Shown here one piece after another: positions 46,107 to 55,345 of a stretch of 64,000 bases of DNA. The position numbers were made by a program, and so were the translations under genes. The notes under the pieces were generated by a model that saw only the letters and a list, made by a program, of their open reading frames with translations, searched no databases and was not told where the DNA came from. The DNA comes from Nitrospirota bacterium. GTDB lineage: Bacteria; Nitrospirota; UBA9217. The stretch is from positions 192,001 to 256,000 of the forward strand of contig CAVUHW010000026.1 in NCBI GenBank assembly GCA_963741205.1, written 5' to 3'. The number at the start of each line of letters is the position of its first letter. The stretch's first letter is position 1.

Positions 46107-48114
46107 CTACTCCACCTTCACCCCCACAGCCATCTCCTGCTGCCGGAGCGACCGGATCTTGTCGCGGAGTTCCGCCGCTGTCTCGAAATCCAGTTCCTTC
46201 GCCGCGGCGCGCATCTGTCTTTCGAGCGACGCGATGAGCTGCGGGAATATTCACGGTCGATACGTACTCGCCGGCGTCTTCTGCGGCGATCGGCACGGTA
46301 AAGTAATCCTGCTCGTACACGGTGCGGAGCGTTGCCTGGATGTTTCTCTTGATGGACTACCGGCGTGATGTTATGCTTCTCGTTGTACTCTTCCTGCACG
46401 GTGCGCCGCCTGTTCGTCTCGGCGATGGCGTTTCGCATGGAGTCGGTGATGTTCTCGGCGTAGAGGATGACCTCGCCGTTCACGTTCCGCGCCGCGCGGC
46501 CCATGGTCTGGATGAGCGACCGCGTGGAGCGGAGGAACCCTTCCTTGTCGGCGTCCAGAATCGCGACGAGCGAGACCTCGGGGATGTCGAGCCCCTCGCG
46601 CAGGAGGTTGATGCCGATCAGGACGTCGTACTTTCCCAGGCGCAGATCGCGGATGATATCCACCCGCTCGAGGGTCTCGACATCGGAGTGGAGATACGCC
46701 ACTTTAACGTTCAGTTCTTTGTAATGCTCGGTCAGGTCTTCCGCCATGCGCTTCGTGAGCGTGGTCACGAGCACGCGCTCTTTGGCTTCGGCGTGTCTCC
46801 TGATTTCGTTCAACAGGTCATCCACCTGCCCCTTGACCGGCCTGATGGCGATCTTCGGGTCGGTAAGGCCGGTGGGCCTGATGACCTGTTCGATGATCCT
46901 GTTCCCGGATTTCCCGATCTCAAAATCGGCCGGCGTTGCCGAAACATACACGGTCTGGTTCACCCGCTCTTCGAACTCCTGAAAATTGAGCGGACGGTTG
47001 TCCAGCGCCGACGGCAGCCGGAAGCCGTACTCCACGAGCGTCGTCTTTCTCGCGCGGTCGCCGTTGTACATGCCGCCGATCTGCGGGATCGTGGCGTGGG
47101 ACTCGTCGACGACGAGGAGAAAATCCTTGGGGAAATAGTCGAGCAGCGTCGGCGGGGGTTCTCCGGGAGCCCTGCCCGGAGAGGTGGCGCGAGTAGTTCT
47201 CGATGCCGTGGCAGTAGCCCATCTCCTGGATCATCTCGAGGTCGAACATGGTCCGCTGCTCGATGCGCTGCGCCTCGATGAGCTTGTTCATCCTGCGGAA
47301 GTCCTGGATCCGTTCCCTGAGCTCATCGTGAATGCCGTCGATGGCCGTCTTCATGCGCGTTTCCGGGATCACGTAATGGCTGTTCGGGTAGACGGCGATC
47401 TTTTCGAGCTTCGGAGCGGCGTTCCCAGGAGCGGGTCGAACTCGGAGATCGTATCGATCTCGTCGCCGAACAGCTCGACGCGGAGGGCCGTGCTCTCGTG
47501 GGAGGCGGGAAAGATCTCGACCACGTCGCCGCGCACCCGGAACGTCCCGCGCTGGAAATCGAAATCGTTCCGCGCATACTGGATGTCCACGAGCTTGCGG
47601 AGGATGTCGTTGCGCTCGATATGCTGCCCCTTTTCCAGGAACAGCAGCATGCCGTGATAGGCCTCGGGCGAACCCAGGCCGTAGATGCACGAGACCGACG
47701 AGACGACGATCACGTCGTTCCGCTCTAAGAGCGCGTTCGTCGCCGAGTGGCGCATGCGGTCGATCTGTTCGTTGATGGAGGAGTCCTTCTCGATATAGGT
47801 GTCCGTCGTCGGGAGATACGCCTCGGGCTGGTAGTAGTCATAGTAGGAGACGAAGTATTCGACGGCATTCTCGGGGAAAAGCTCCTTGAACTCGTTGTAG
47901 AGCTGGGCCGCCAGCGTCTTGTTGTGCGCGATGACGAGCGTGGGTTTCTGGACCTTCTCACGACGTTCGCCATGGTGAAGGTCTTGCCCGAGCCGGTCAC
48001 GCCGAGCAGGACCTGGTGGCGAAGACCCTTGAGGATGCCTTCGGAGAGCTTGTCGATGGCCTGGGGCTGGTCGCCGGTGGGCTTGAAATCAGAGGCGATC
48101 TTGAATTTCAGCAT
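46107..48114 (-). CDS. uvrB: excinuclease ABC subunit B (several frameshifts)
   Basis: [47 protein letters not shown] and a C-terminal UVR domain. Confidence 0.96.
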
Positions 48115-48175
48115 AGAAACATACTACTCTACTCGTTGCCGGCGTGTCAATGCGGGCAATCCACAGCTCTACGCT

Positions 48176-48278
48176 GTCATTCCCGTCGCCGCTTCCGCGG
48201 GGATAAACTTGCCCCCGTGAAAACGGGGGGCGGGAATCCATTTGAGAAAATTGGATTCCGGTTCAAGCCCGGAATGAC
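48176..48278. repeat. GTCATTCCC..GGGAATCC..GGATTCC..GGAATGAC palindromic REP-like element
   Basis: Related copies at 48983..49083 and 56704..56793, and a degenerate copy at 8..100; all intergenic. Confidence 0.75.
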
Positions 48279-48304
48279 ACCAAAAGAACAGGGACGTATG
48301 ATCG

Positions 48305-48934
48305 CTACGACTCCCACTTCGTCGGCATGATCCTGTTTCTGATCCTGAGCCACGTCCGCTCGCGCGGAGTCATCAGCCCGGGTCCGTAGAGGGTCTTCAT
48401 TTTGATGAGCGATAGCAGATCGGCGACCCCCACGAGGGAGGTCAGGCACTTGCCGATGAGAGGCGCGGACCCCGTATGAAGGGCGGACGCAAGGTCCACC
48501 ACGAAGACCTTGCCGTCGATGAGGAGGATGTTCGAGCGCCGGTGAAGGTCGAGATGGACCCAGCCGCGCGCATGCAGGTCGCGCACGATCCGCTCGAACT
48601 GATGTATGATGTCGGGTCCTATCTCTCCGCGTTCAACGGCGCCGAAGTCCTTTCCCTGCAGATACTCGACGGCAAACGAAAAGGGCGACAACCGCTTGAA
48701 CCTCGCCGGCAGGCCATCTATTCCTTCGAGCGCGGCATACGCCCGGGCCTCGCGACCGATGACGATGCGTCCGACAAGGTTCCGCTCCCAGAACCCTTTC
48801 CGGGCATAGTCCTTTACCACGAAGCGACGTCCCTCGGACCGGGTAATGAACACGTCGGCCTTGGTGAACCGTCCCTTGATCAGGACCTTTTCCGTATTCG
48901 CTAGTGCTTCAACGTACGTCAACTCAATGGGCAT
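48305..48934 (-). CDS. RIO/Kdo-WaaP-like kinase-fold protein
   Basis: VVKDY, HLDL...NIL and VDLA. Confidence 0.75.
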   Translation of the reverse strand: MPIELTYVEALANTEKVLIKGRFTKADVFITRSEGRRFVVKDYARKGFWERNLVGRIVIGREARAYAALEGIDGLPARFKRLSPFSFAVEYLQGKDFGAVERGEIGPDIIHQFERIVRDLHARGWVHLDLHRRSNILLIDGKVFVVDLASALHTGSAPLIGKCLTSLVGVADLLSLIKMKTLYGPGLMTPRERTWLRIRNRIMPTKWES

Positions 48935-49114
48935 AATCGGGATGAAACAGCCGGCAAACTTTCAGCATACCTTATTATTGACGTCATTCCCGAATGTTTA
49001 AATCGGGAATCCAGTAGCTTTTTGCATGAAGAAGATAAAACGAAGGCACTGGATTCCCGATAGGACCGTTCGTCGCGAATGACGACCCAGAGATCTTTAA
49101 GGAAGGTGGAAAAA

Positions 49115-50611
49115 CTATCGCTTTTTCTCGTAGTCCCTCAAAAACTGCGTCAGGAGCCTTACCCCGATGCCGGTCGCGCCCTTCGGGGTGTAGGGCCGGT
49201 CCTTGTCGCTCCAGGCCGTCGCGGCGATGTCGAGGTGCACCCAGGGATATTTCTGCACGAACTTGGACAGAAGCGCCGCGGCCGTAATCACGCCTCCCTG
49301 CCTGCCGCCGGTGTTCTTCATGTCCGCGATGTCGCTCTTGATCTGGTCGTAGTACTCCTCCCAGAGCGGAAGCTCCCACACGCGCTCTCCGGTCTTTTCG
49401 CCGGCCTCGCGTATCTTCCGTTTGAACGCATCATGGGTGCCGACCATGCCGGTCGCTTCCTGACCGAGCGCGATGCCGCATGCGCCGGTCAAGGTCGCGA
49501 TGTCCACGATCACCGCCGGCTTGTATCGGCAGGCATAGGCGAGCCCGTCGGAGAGGATGAGCCGCCCCTCCGCGTCGGTGTTGAGGATCTCGATGGTCTG
49601 TCCGGACATCGTGCGCAGGACGTCGCCGGGCTTGTACGCGCTGCCGCCCGGCATGTTCTCCGTGGCGGGAAGCAGCCCTACAATGTTGAGCGGGAGCCCC
49701 AGCGCGGCGGCCGCACGGATTGCGCCCAGGACCGCGGCCCCGCCGGACATGTCGTCCTTCATCCTGTCCATGTTCTCCGCGGGTTTGATCGAGATGCCGC
49801 CGGAATCGAAGGTAATGGTCTTGCCCACAAGGGCGATGAAGGGCTTCTTGCCGCCCTTCCGGTATTCGACGATGATGAACTTCGGCGGCTGCATGCTGCC
49901 CGACGCAACGCCCAGGAGCCCGCCCATGCCGAGCCTTTCCATCTGTGCCCGCTCGAGGACCCGGACTTTGAGGCCGGACAGCCGGGAGAGTTCCCTCGCC
50001 TTCGCGGCAATGACCGCCGGCGTCATGTCAACGGGCGGAGAGCTTACCATGTCGCGGGCCATCATGACGGACTCGGCGATCACTGCGCCCGCCTTCGCGC
50101 CCTTCTCCAGGGCCTTGACCGCGGCCGCCGTTTCGCTCACCAGGGTCATCGTCCGGATGTCCTGCCTGCGTTCGTTCTCCTCGTCGGTCTTATACTTGAG
50201 AAAACGGTACAGGCCGAGCTTGGCCCCCTCGGCAACCGCCTGGCCGGTTTCCTCCGCATCCAGACTGAAGCCGTCGATGAGGAGCGTGATGTTCGCTGCT
50301 CCGGCGGCCCTGAGAGCAGGCGCCGCCTTGCCCACGGCGTGTCGCAGCCTGTTGAGCGTAAATTCACCGCGCTTGCCCAGCCCGGCAAGGAGCAGCCGCT
50401 CCGGGGCGATTGTTCCCCCCGGATGCACCGGGTAAACCGCCCCGGGCTTGGCCTTAAAATCGCCGCGCTTCATAATTCGCCCGATCATACCGCCGAGCGC
50501 CTTGTCCACCCGGGCCGCGGCCCCCCCCGGTTTTTCTCCGTCAAAGAGAAACAGCACCGCGCCGTCGGTCTTCAGCTTTTCTATCCAGCCCGTCGCAACG
50601 TTGATTTTCAT
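49115..50611 (-). CDS. pepA: leucyl aminopeptidase (M17)
   Basis: GKTITFDSGG, NTDAEGRL, ATLTGA and HLDIA. Confidence 0.95.
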   Translation of the reverse strand: MKINVATGWIEKLKTDGAVLFLFDGEKPGGAAARVDKALGGMIGRIMKRGDFKAKPGAVYPVHPGGTIAPERLLLAGLGKRGEFTLNRLRHAVGKAAPALRAAGAANITLLIDGFSLDAEETGQAVAEGAKLGLYRFLKYKTDEENERRQDIRTMTLVSETAAAVKALEKGAKAGAVIAESVMMARDMVSSPPVDMTPAVIAAKARELSRLSGLKVRVLERAQMERLGMGGLLGVASGSMQPPKFIIVEYRKGGKKPFIALVGKTITFDSGGISIKPAENMDRMKDDMSGGAAVLGAIRAAAALGLPLNIVGLLPATENMPGGSAYKPGDVLRTMSGQTIEILNTDAEGRLILSDGLAYACRYKPAVIVDIATLTGACGIALGQEATGMVGTHDAFKRKIREAGEKTGERVWELPLWEEYYDQIKSDIADMKNTGGRQGGVITAAALLSKFVQKYPWVHLDIAATAWSDKDRPYTPKGATGIGVRLLTQFLRDYEKKR

Positions 50612-50663
50612 GGTTCCTCACCCGGATGACCGGATTTCCGATCCGTATTTTTCCCTGAACCGG

Positions 50664-51416
50664 TCAATCTTTCCGTATGACAACCGGTTCCAGGCCTTCG
50701 AGCGTCAGCTTGGCAGCGACCTGCTCCGCCCGTTCCGCCGATGCGTAGGAGCCGATGCGCACATGGTATAAACGCGCGCGCGAGGTTTCTGTCTCAACAA
50801 TAAAGACCAGTTCGAATTTCTTCGAGAGCCGGTCCTTGAGCATGCGCGCGTTCTCCTCTTCCGTATAGGTCGCGGCCTGGACCGTGTAGCGTGCAGCGCC
50901 GCGCACCGCTGCCAGGGTTTCCAGCTTGACCCGGGCCGTACCGCTTGAAAGGAACCCCAGCTCCCTCGCTGCTTCGTACGACACGTCGAGGATCCTGTTT
51001 TTGACGAAGGGGCCCCGGTCGGTGATTGTTACGTCGATGCTCTTGGAATTGCGGAGGTTCGTGACGCGAATGACCGTGCCGAACGGCAGCGTCCGGTGGG
51101 CAGCCGAGAGGCCCTCCCTATGGAAGACGCCGCCGGACGCCGTCTTTTTGCCGTGAAGCTCCTTCCCGTACCAGCTGGCGACACCCGTTTCCTTGTAGAC
51201 CGGGCCCCGAACAGGGGCTGCCTTAGGAACGGCGGCCGCCGGTTGCGGTGGAGTGACCGCGGGCGCAGGTTCCTCCACCGTGCCTGAGGGAATACTGTGG
51301 AGAGACTGTTGCGGTAAGTCAGGCGCCAATACGGGCGCAGGTTCCTTCACTCTGCCCGCGCATGCCGACAGCGCCGCCAGCGCAAGAAATGCGCCGATTC
51401 TGAACAGCACCTTCAT
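50664..51416 (-). CDS. rlpA: RlpA septal lytic transglycosylase lipoprotein with SPOR domain
   Basis: Lipobox LSAC, GVASWYG, AAHRTLP, DRGPF and a C-terminal SPOR domain. Confidence 0.92.
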   Translation of the reverse strand: MKVLFRIGAFLALAALSACAGRVKEPAPVLAPDLPQQSLHSIPSGTVEEPAPAVTPPQPAAAVPKAAPVRGPVYKETGVASWYGKELHGKKTASGGVFHREGLSAAHRTLPFGTVIRVTNLRNSKSIDVTITDRGPFVKNRILDVSYEAARELGFLSSGTARVKLETLAAVRGAARYTVQAATYTEEENARMLKDRLSKKFELVFIVETETSRARLYHVRIGSYASAERAEQVAAKLTLEGLEPVVIRKD

Positions 51417-51455
51417 CCTATAGGAATAACAGCGTGACACCGCATTGCCTTCCGG

Positions 51456-51683
51456 TTATGCCGGCGCCTTTTCCCCGCCGGCTTTGGCCTCGGCCGCTTT
51501 CTTTGCAGCCAGTTTGTAATTCTTGACTGCGCGCAGTTTCCGCTGTGCGCGCTTCACCTGCTTGAGGGCCTTGCGGGCCTCGGGTTCGGACTTCTTGCCG
51601 CCGGCCTTCGATGCCTTCTCCGTCGCGGTCTTTTTCAGCTTTTCAATCTTTTGCTTGAGCTCTTCCTGGTTTATCTTGACCAC
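51456..51683 (-). CDS. small Lys/Ala-rich basic protein (75 aa)
   Basis: GTG start after an AAGGAGG RBS; MVKINQEELKQKIEKLKK..KRAQRKLR. Confidence 0.7.
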   Translation of the reverse strand: MVKINQEELKQKIEKLKKTATEKASKAGGKKSEPEARKALKQVKRAQRKLRAVKNYKLAAKKAAEAKAGGEKAPA

Positions 51684-51861
51684 TGTAACAATCCTCCTTG
51701 AACGTAAATGACGCGTGTATTTGAACGAGAAACAATAATAGACAAAACCACCTTCGAAATCAAGAAATTTCGTGTTTTCCTGTGAAGGAACCGCGAAGGC
51801 GCCGCCCTTTGGAGGCAATGAACCGCAGTGTGTACCGGGATCGGGGTGTCGTCGAGAGGAC

Positions 51862-51894
51862 AAAAAAAGGGAGTCTCCTTTCGGGGACTCCCTT
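51862..51894 (-). terminator. rho-independent terminator
   Basis: GGGAGTCCCC-GAAA-GGAGACTCCC followed by T7, just after the 51911 stop. Confidence 0.85.
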
Positions 51895-51910
51895 GAGAGC
51901 GTTCCTGAGA

Positions 51911-52201
51911 TTAGCAACCCACGGATGCCTTGGGCTTTGCCTTCATCTCTTTGATCTCTTTCACGGTGTCTTTATCCACCATGATCTCCGCCTTCGTATC
52001 GGCCTTGACCTTGCTGAGATCTACGCCTTTGTCGGCCTTGAGCGTCATGTCGGTGGTGGTGCCTTCCGCACAAAAGGAAATCGTGCCTGCCTTGACGTCT
52101 ACAGCCTTGATGGTGCCCTTCTTTGCTTCAGCGGCAAAAACCATGGAAACGAGAGAAACAACCATAATTACGACTGCGAGAACTGCTGCGACCTTCTTCA
52201 T
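51911..52201 (-). CDS. small secreted OB-fold-like protein ending in KASVGC
   Basis: AAGGAGGAG RBS, signal peptide (VFA|A), G.IKAVD...GTI beta pattern, terminal Cys and its own terminator. Confidence 0.8.
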   Translation of the reverse strand: MKKVAAVLAVVIMVVSLVSMVFAAEAKKGTIKAVDVKAGTISFCAEGTTTDMTLKADKGVDLSKVKADTKAEIMVDKDTVKEIKEMKAKPKASVGC

Positions 52202-52425
52202 TTTTTGCTCCTCCTTGCTTGGATTTGGACTGATAATGACTGTGGGGACATACAATACCACAAGTTTAAGAAATACTCAATTAAAATTTTAAATGATGCG
52301 ATTTGAAAATTTTACGGCTTGGAGGGCCAAGAATAACGTGGGTCTGCTTGCACTTATCGAGAGTAAGGGGAATCACGAATCACGCCTGTACTTCGCAGTA
52401 GTTTTCTATGTAGGAAATTGCGAGA

Positions 52426-52496
52426 TTCACCTACTAGTGTGTAATGGCGTTGACTAAATATCAATGCAGTATACGGCTTGTAAAGTGTACATGAAC
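52426..52496 (-). repeat. 71-bp conserved non-coding element, copy A (begins at the attC R' core)
   Basis: 53/71 ungapped identity to 53683..53753 by manual alignment. Confidence 0.8.
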
Positions 52497-52554
52497 GCCT
52501 GAGCTCAGGGGCGCCGCGATAGCGGCGTCCCTTGGGCGGAGCGCGTAGTTAGCG
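52490..52554 (-). mobile_element. attC-like recombination site (#3)
   Basis: Minus strand: CGCTAAC..GCTC..AAGGGACGCCGC-TATC-GCGGCGCCCCTGAGC..GTTCATG, an imperfect palindrome with AAC/GTT cores. Confidence 0.65.
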
Positions 52555-52723
52555 CGCACAGTTTGTAGACAGCATATTCACGTCGCATCCGTAGCCATCT
52601 TGGCGCGCCGGTTTTAACCGGTTAAATATCTTCCGGGTGTGACTGCCAAACCCGTATACGGTAGTACGATTATTCGCTCTTGTCAACCGATATTTCGACC
52701 AGTTCGTGCAGTGACGGCTGGCA

Positions 52724-53500
52724 TCAAACCGCGGGTGAAGAAGGCGTGGTCCCGTTTCCGGACGGGCGTTTCGACCGGAGATACCGCACGCCGGTCCAAA
52801 GCAGCATCAAGGCAAATGCGACACGCAACGCGGCATCGGAGAGCGTGTGGGCGAGCGATCCGCCCAGGAAGGTTCCGAGGAGGATGCCGGGGACGAGTCC
52901 CTTCAGAAGATCCGTCCGCATATTTCCAAGCTTCCAGTGAGTATAGGCGCCGGCGCTGGCCGGGGGAACCATGGCCAGCATGGAAGTGCCCTGTGCCACG
53001 TGTTGATCGAAACCGGCAATGAGCACCATGGCGGGGATCATGATCGCGCCGCCGCCGACACCCATCATTCCCGCAAGAAATCCCATAAACGCCCCGGTGA
53101 ACAGAAGTACGATGCCCTGCATCATGCCCGAGGCCAGCGCATGCAGGATGGTGAGGTAGGGTTTGAACAGCAGGAGGCCTGATACGACCAGCAGGTAGCC
53201 GCCGAAGGAGCGCTTCAGCTTCCACTCCGGAAGGGAATGTGCAAAGCGCGCACCTGCGCGCGCGGTCATGACACCCGGCGTTGCCATGAGGAGTGCCGCG
53301 GTTACATCCACGGTCCCCTTCATGGCATAGGTAATGGCGCCGGCAATCCCGGTGAAGACGAGGGCGAGCAGACTGATGCCGTGTGCCTTATGCTGGTCAA
53401 CCCTGAGGACGCTGACCAGGAGGGGGATCATAACGACCCCGCCGCCACCGCCAATGAGGCCGCCGAAGACGCCGGCAAGAAAACCGATAAAAAAGCTCAT
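52724..53500 (-). CDS. sulfite exporter TauE/SafE family membrane protein
   Basis: Internal duplication of GL.G.GGG..MIP and AHGISL/AQGTSM motifs; multiple TM helices. Confidence 0.9.
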   Translation of the reverse strand: MSFFIGFLAGVFGGLIGGGGGVVMIPLLVSVLRVDQHKAHGISLLALVFTGIAGAITYAMKGTVDVTAALLMATPGVMTARAGARFAHSLPEWKLKRSFGGYLLVVSGLLLFKPYLTILHALASGMMQGIVLLFTGAFMGFLAGMMGVGGGAIMIPAMVLIAGFDQHVAQGTSMLAMVPPASAGAYTHWKLGNMRTDLLKGLVPGILLGTFLGGSLAHTLSDAALRVAFALMLLWTGVRYLRSKRPSGNGTTPSSPAV

Positions 53501-53682
53501 AGAGGATTTTTCGTCAGCCTTTCGTCTTCGAGATGATCTCGCCGAACCGTTTTGCCGAGCTTACGCTGCCTGAATCATCGGCGGGTGAGTGCCCATCGCG
53601 AGGTCTAAGAACACGGAACAACCTCGTGGCAAATATTACAATCAATCCTCAGTATTGTATCGACTGCCCGGATTCCGTCACC

Positions 53683-53753
53683 TTCACCTACGAGCTTGCA
53701 CGCGTGTTGACTAAAATTCAATGCGACATGCTACTTGAAAAGTGTATATGAAC
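53683..53753 (-). repeat. 71-bp conserved non-coding element, copy B (begins at the attC R' core)
   Basis: 53/71 ungapped identity to 52426..52496. Confidence 0.8.
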
Positions 53754-53804
53754 GCTGCGCTCAGCCGCGCGTTCCGGCGCGTCGGTTGCAGTGCATTGTT
53801 GGGC
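53747..53804 (-). mobile_element. integron attC site (#2), 58 bp
   Basis: Minus strand: GCCCAAC-aatgc-aCT[G]CAACCG[A]CGCG-loop-CGCGCGGCTGAG-cgcagc-GTTCATA, with R''/R' cores, unpaired central spacer and two extrahelical bases; 12 bp after a stop codon. Confidence 0.82.
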
Positions 53805-53816
53805 GGCCAGCTCGCA

Positions 53817-54615
53817 TCAGTCCGGAAGGCGTTTCGCGAGCGGCTCCATCCCGCTGCTCCTGATCACGTCGGATGCGCGCTCGGAGGCGAAGAACGCGAT
53901 CAGTCGCTTCGCCGCTTCAATCTCATTCGATCTCGCCACGACCGCCGCTGAGAACACCTGGTTCAGCTGGATCTCCTCCGCGATCACACCTGCAAAGTCG
54001 ACGCCTGGTGCGTGCACGATTTCGCTGACTGGCATGATCGCAACGTCCGCTTGTCCCGCGGCGACCATGGCCGCCGCGCCTGTGCCGCGCGGCGCGGCCT
54101 TGACGTTTACCCGGTCCGCGATGCCAAGCCGCGGAAAAACGTCCTTCGTAAGGAAGATGCCGCTCGTGCTGCTCGGGACGGCGACAGCCTTGGAGTTCAA
54201 TACGACGCTGTTTGAAGGCTTCGACGGTGCTGACGTCAGGTTTTGCAGCCCCAGCGGACACCGCCACGCCGAGGGGTGTTCGCGCCAGATCTACATCCGT
54301 TCCGGCGGCGATCCGTTGCGCGGCGATCAACTCAGTGAGACCTTCCCTGGAGAGGATCACCACGTCAACAGGAATGCCGCTGGCGAGTTGCGCCCCGATG
54401 GTCTGCGGCCCCGTTCCCTGCGACGAACCTGAGCCGGTGGTGACCTTGATGCCCGTCGTGCGCTCGAACTCCGGCAACAGCTTCTCGTACGGTCCGGAGA
54501 AGCCGCCCGATATCAGCACCTTCAACTGCGCCGATGCGGCGAGCGGCCACATCAACAGTGTCGTGACGACGATCGCATTAACCGCGCTCCACCTGCGTGA
54601 TGATAAAGCATTCAT
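53817..54615 (-). CDS. ModA-like periplasmic substrate-binding-domain protein carried on a gene cassette (frameshift near 54205)
   Basis: Signal peptide (ASA|Q), SGGF, FER.TG, DVVILS, STSG and P.SEI; GAGGAG RBS directly after the GTTGGGC core. Confidence 0.8.
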
Positions 54616-54626
54616 GGCTCCTCGCC

Positions 54627-54682
54627 GCCCAACGCGCGCGTGTACCGCCTCGTAGCGCTCGGACACGACGCGCTCGTTGGAA
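54627..54682 (-). mobile_element. attC-like site (#1), 56 bp, degenerate
   Basis: Minus strand: TTCCAAC-GAGCGCGTCGTGTCCG..CGGTACACGCGCGC-GTTGGGC. Confidence 0.6.
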
Positions 54683-54752
54683 CTCTTATCGTGATATGAG
54701 GATTATTTGCACAATATCGACTCGATCTATAATAATAACGCGGTTTGTGAGC

Positions 54753-55331
54753 TCACCTAAGCGACAAGCATGTATGCTCCGCTAAGTCATTCATTGTTCT
54801 CTCCTGTGGTATGCCATTCTTGCCCATGGAGATTTTTGTTCCTACTGAATTAATCACGCAGTCAACTTTCCAGAATCCGTCTTCGAGGCGAACAACAAAA
54901 CCAAGGAATTCTGTCATTTCGCGCAGATCCTTATCTATCCAGTCTCTTCTGTAGAAAAGCCTTCCAGCAGTACCACGACCCTCAGCCCGGACAAACGTGA
55001 AATTCTGAATACCAACATGATATTTAGAAACGCTTTTCAAGGCGGCCGATATTATTAGGGTAAGCGATACAAACATTGTGGTTGTGCTTTCAATTTCAAG
55101 AATATGTAACCGTTTGAGCTACAGGAAAGAACCTCTTACCAAAACATTCGAGATCAATATGCATATTTCATGTCGTAATGTTGACTTCTTCATCGAATCA
55201 TCGGCAACACCTACAGGATGTAGTCGATGATTGTTCACGCTTTTTGAAATTGCAGAATTGCGAGTGAAGGTTGGCATTTCCAAGATCAGTTTGACATGGG
55301 GAATGAAGGAGGACCGTTGGATGTCCCCCAA
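54753..55331 (-). pseudogene. low-GC ORF remnants, possibly a decayed cassette gene
   Basis: ORFs 54753..55076 and 55119..55331 in AT-rich DNA upstream of attC #1; no recognisable domain. Confidence 0.3.
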
Positions 55332-55345
55332 AGACGCGTGAAAAT

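Noticed and set aside
53565-53605. Fluoride-riboswitch-like GCGATGG..GCCGATGA upstream of TauE
   Set aside because: It is too short and lacks the pseudoknot complementarity.
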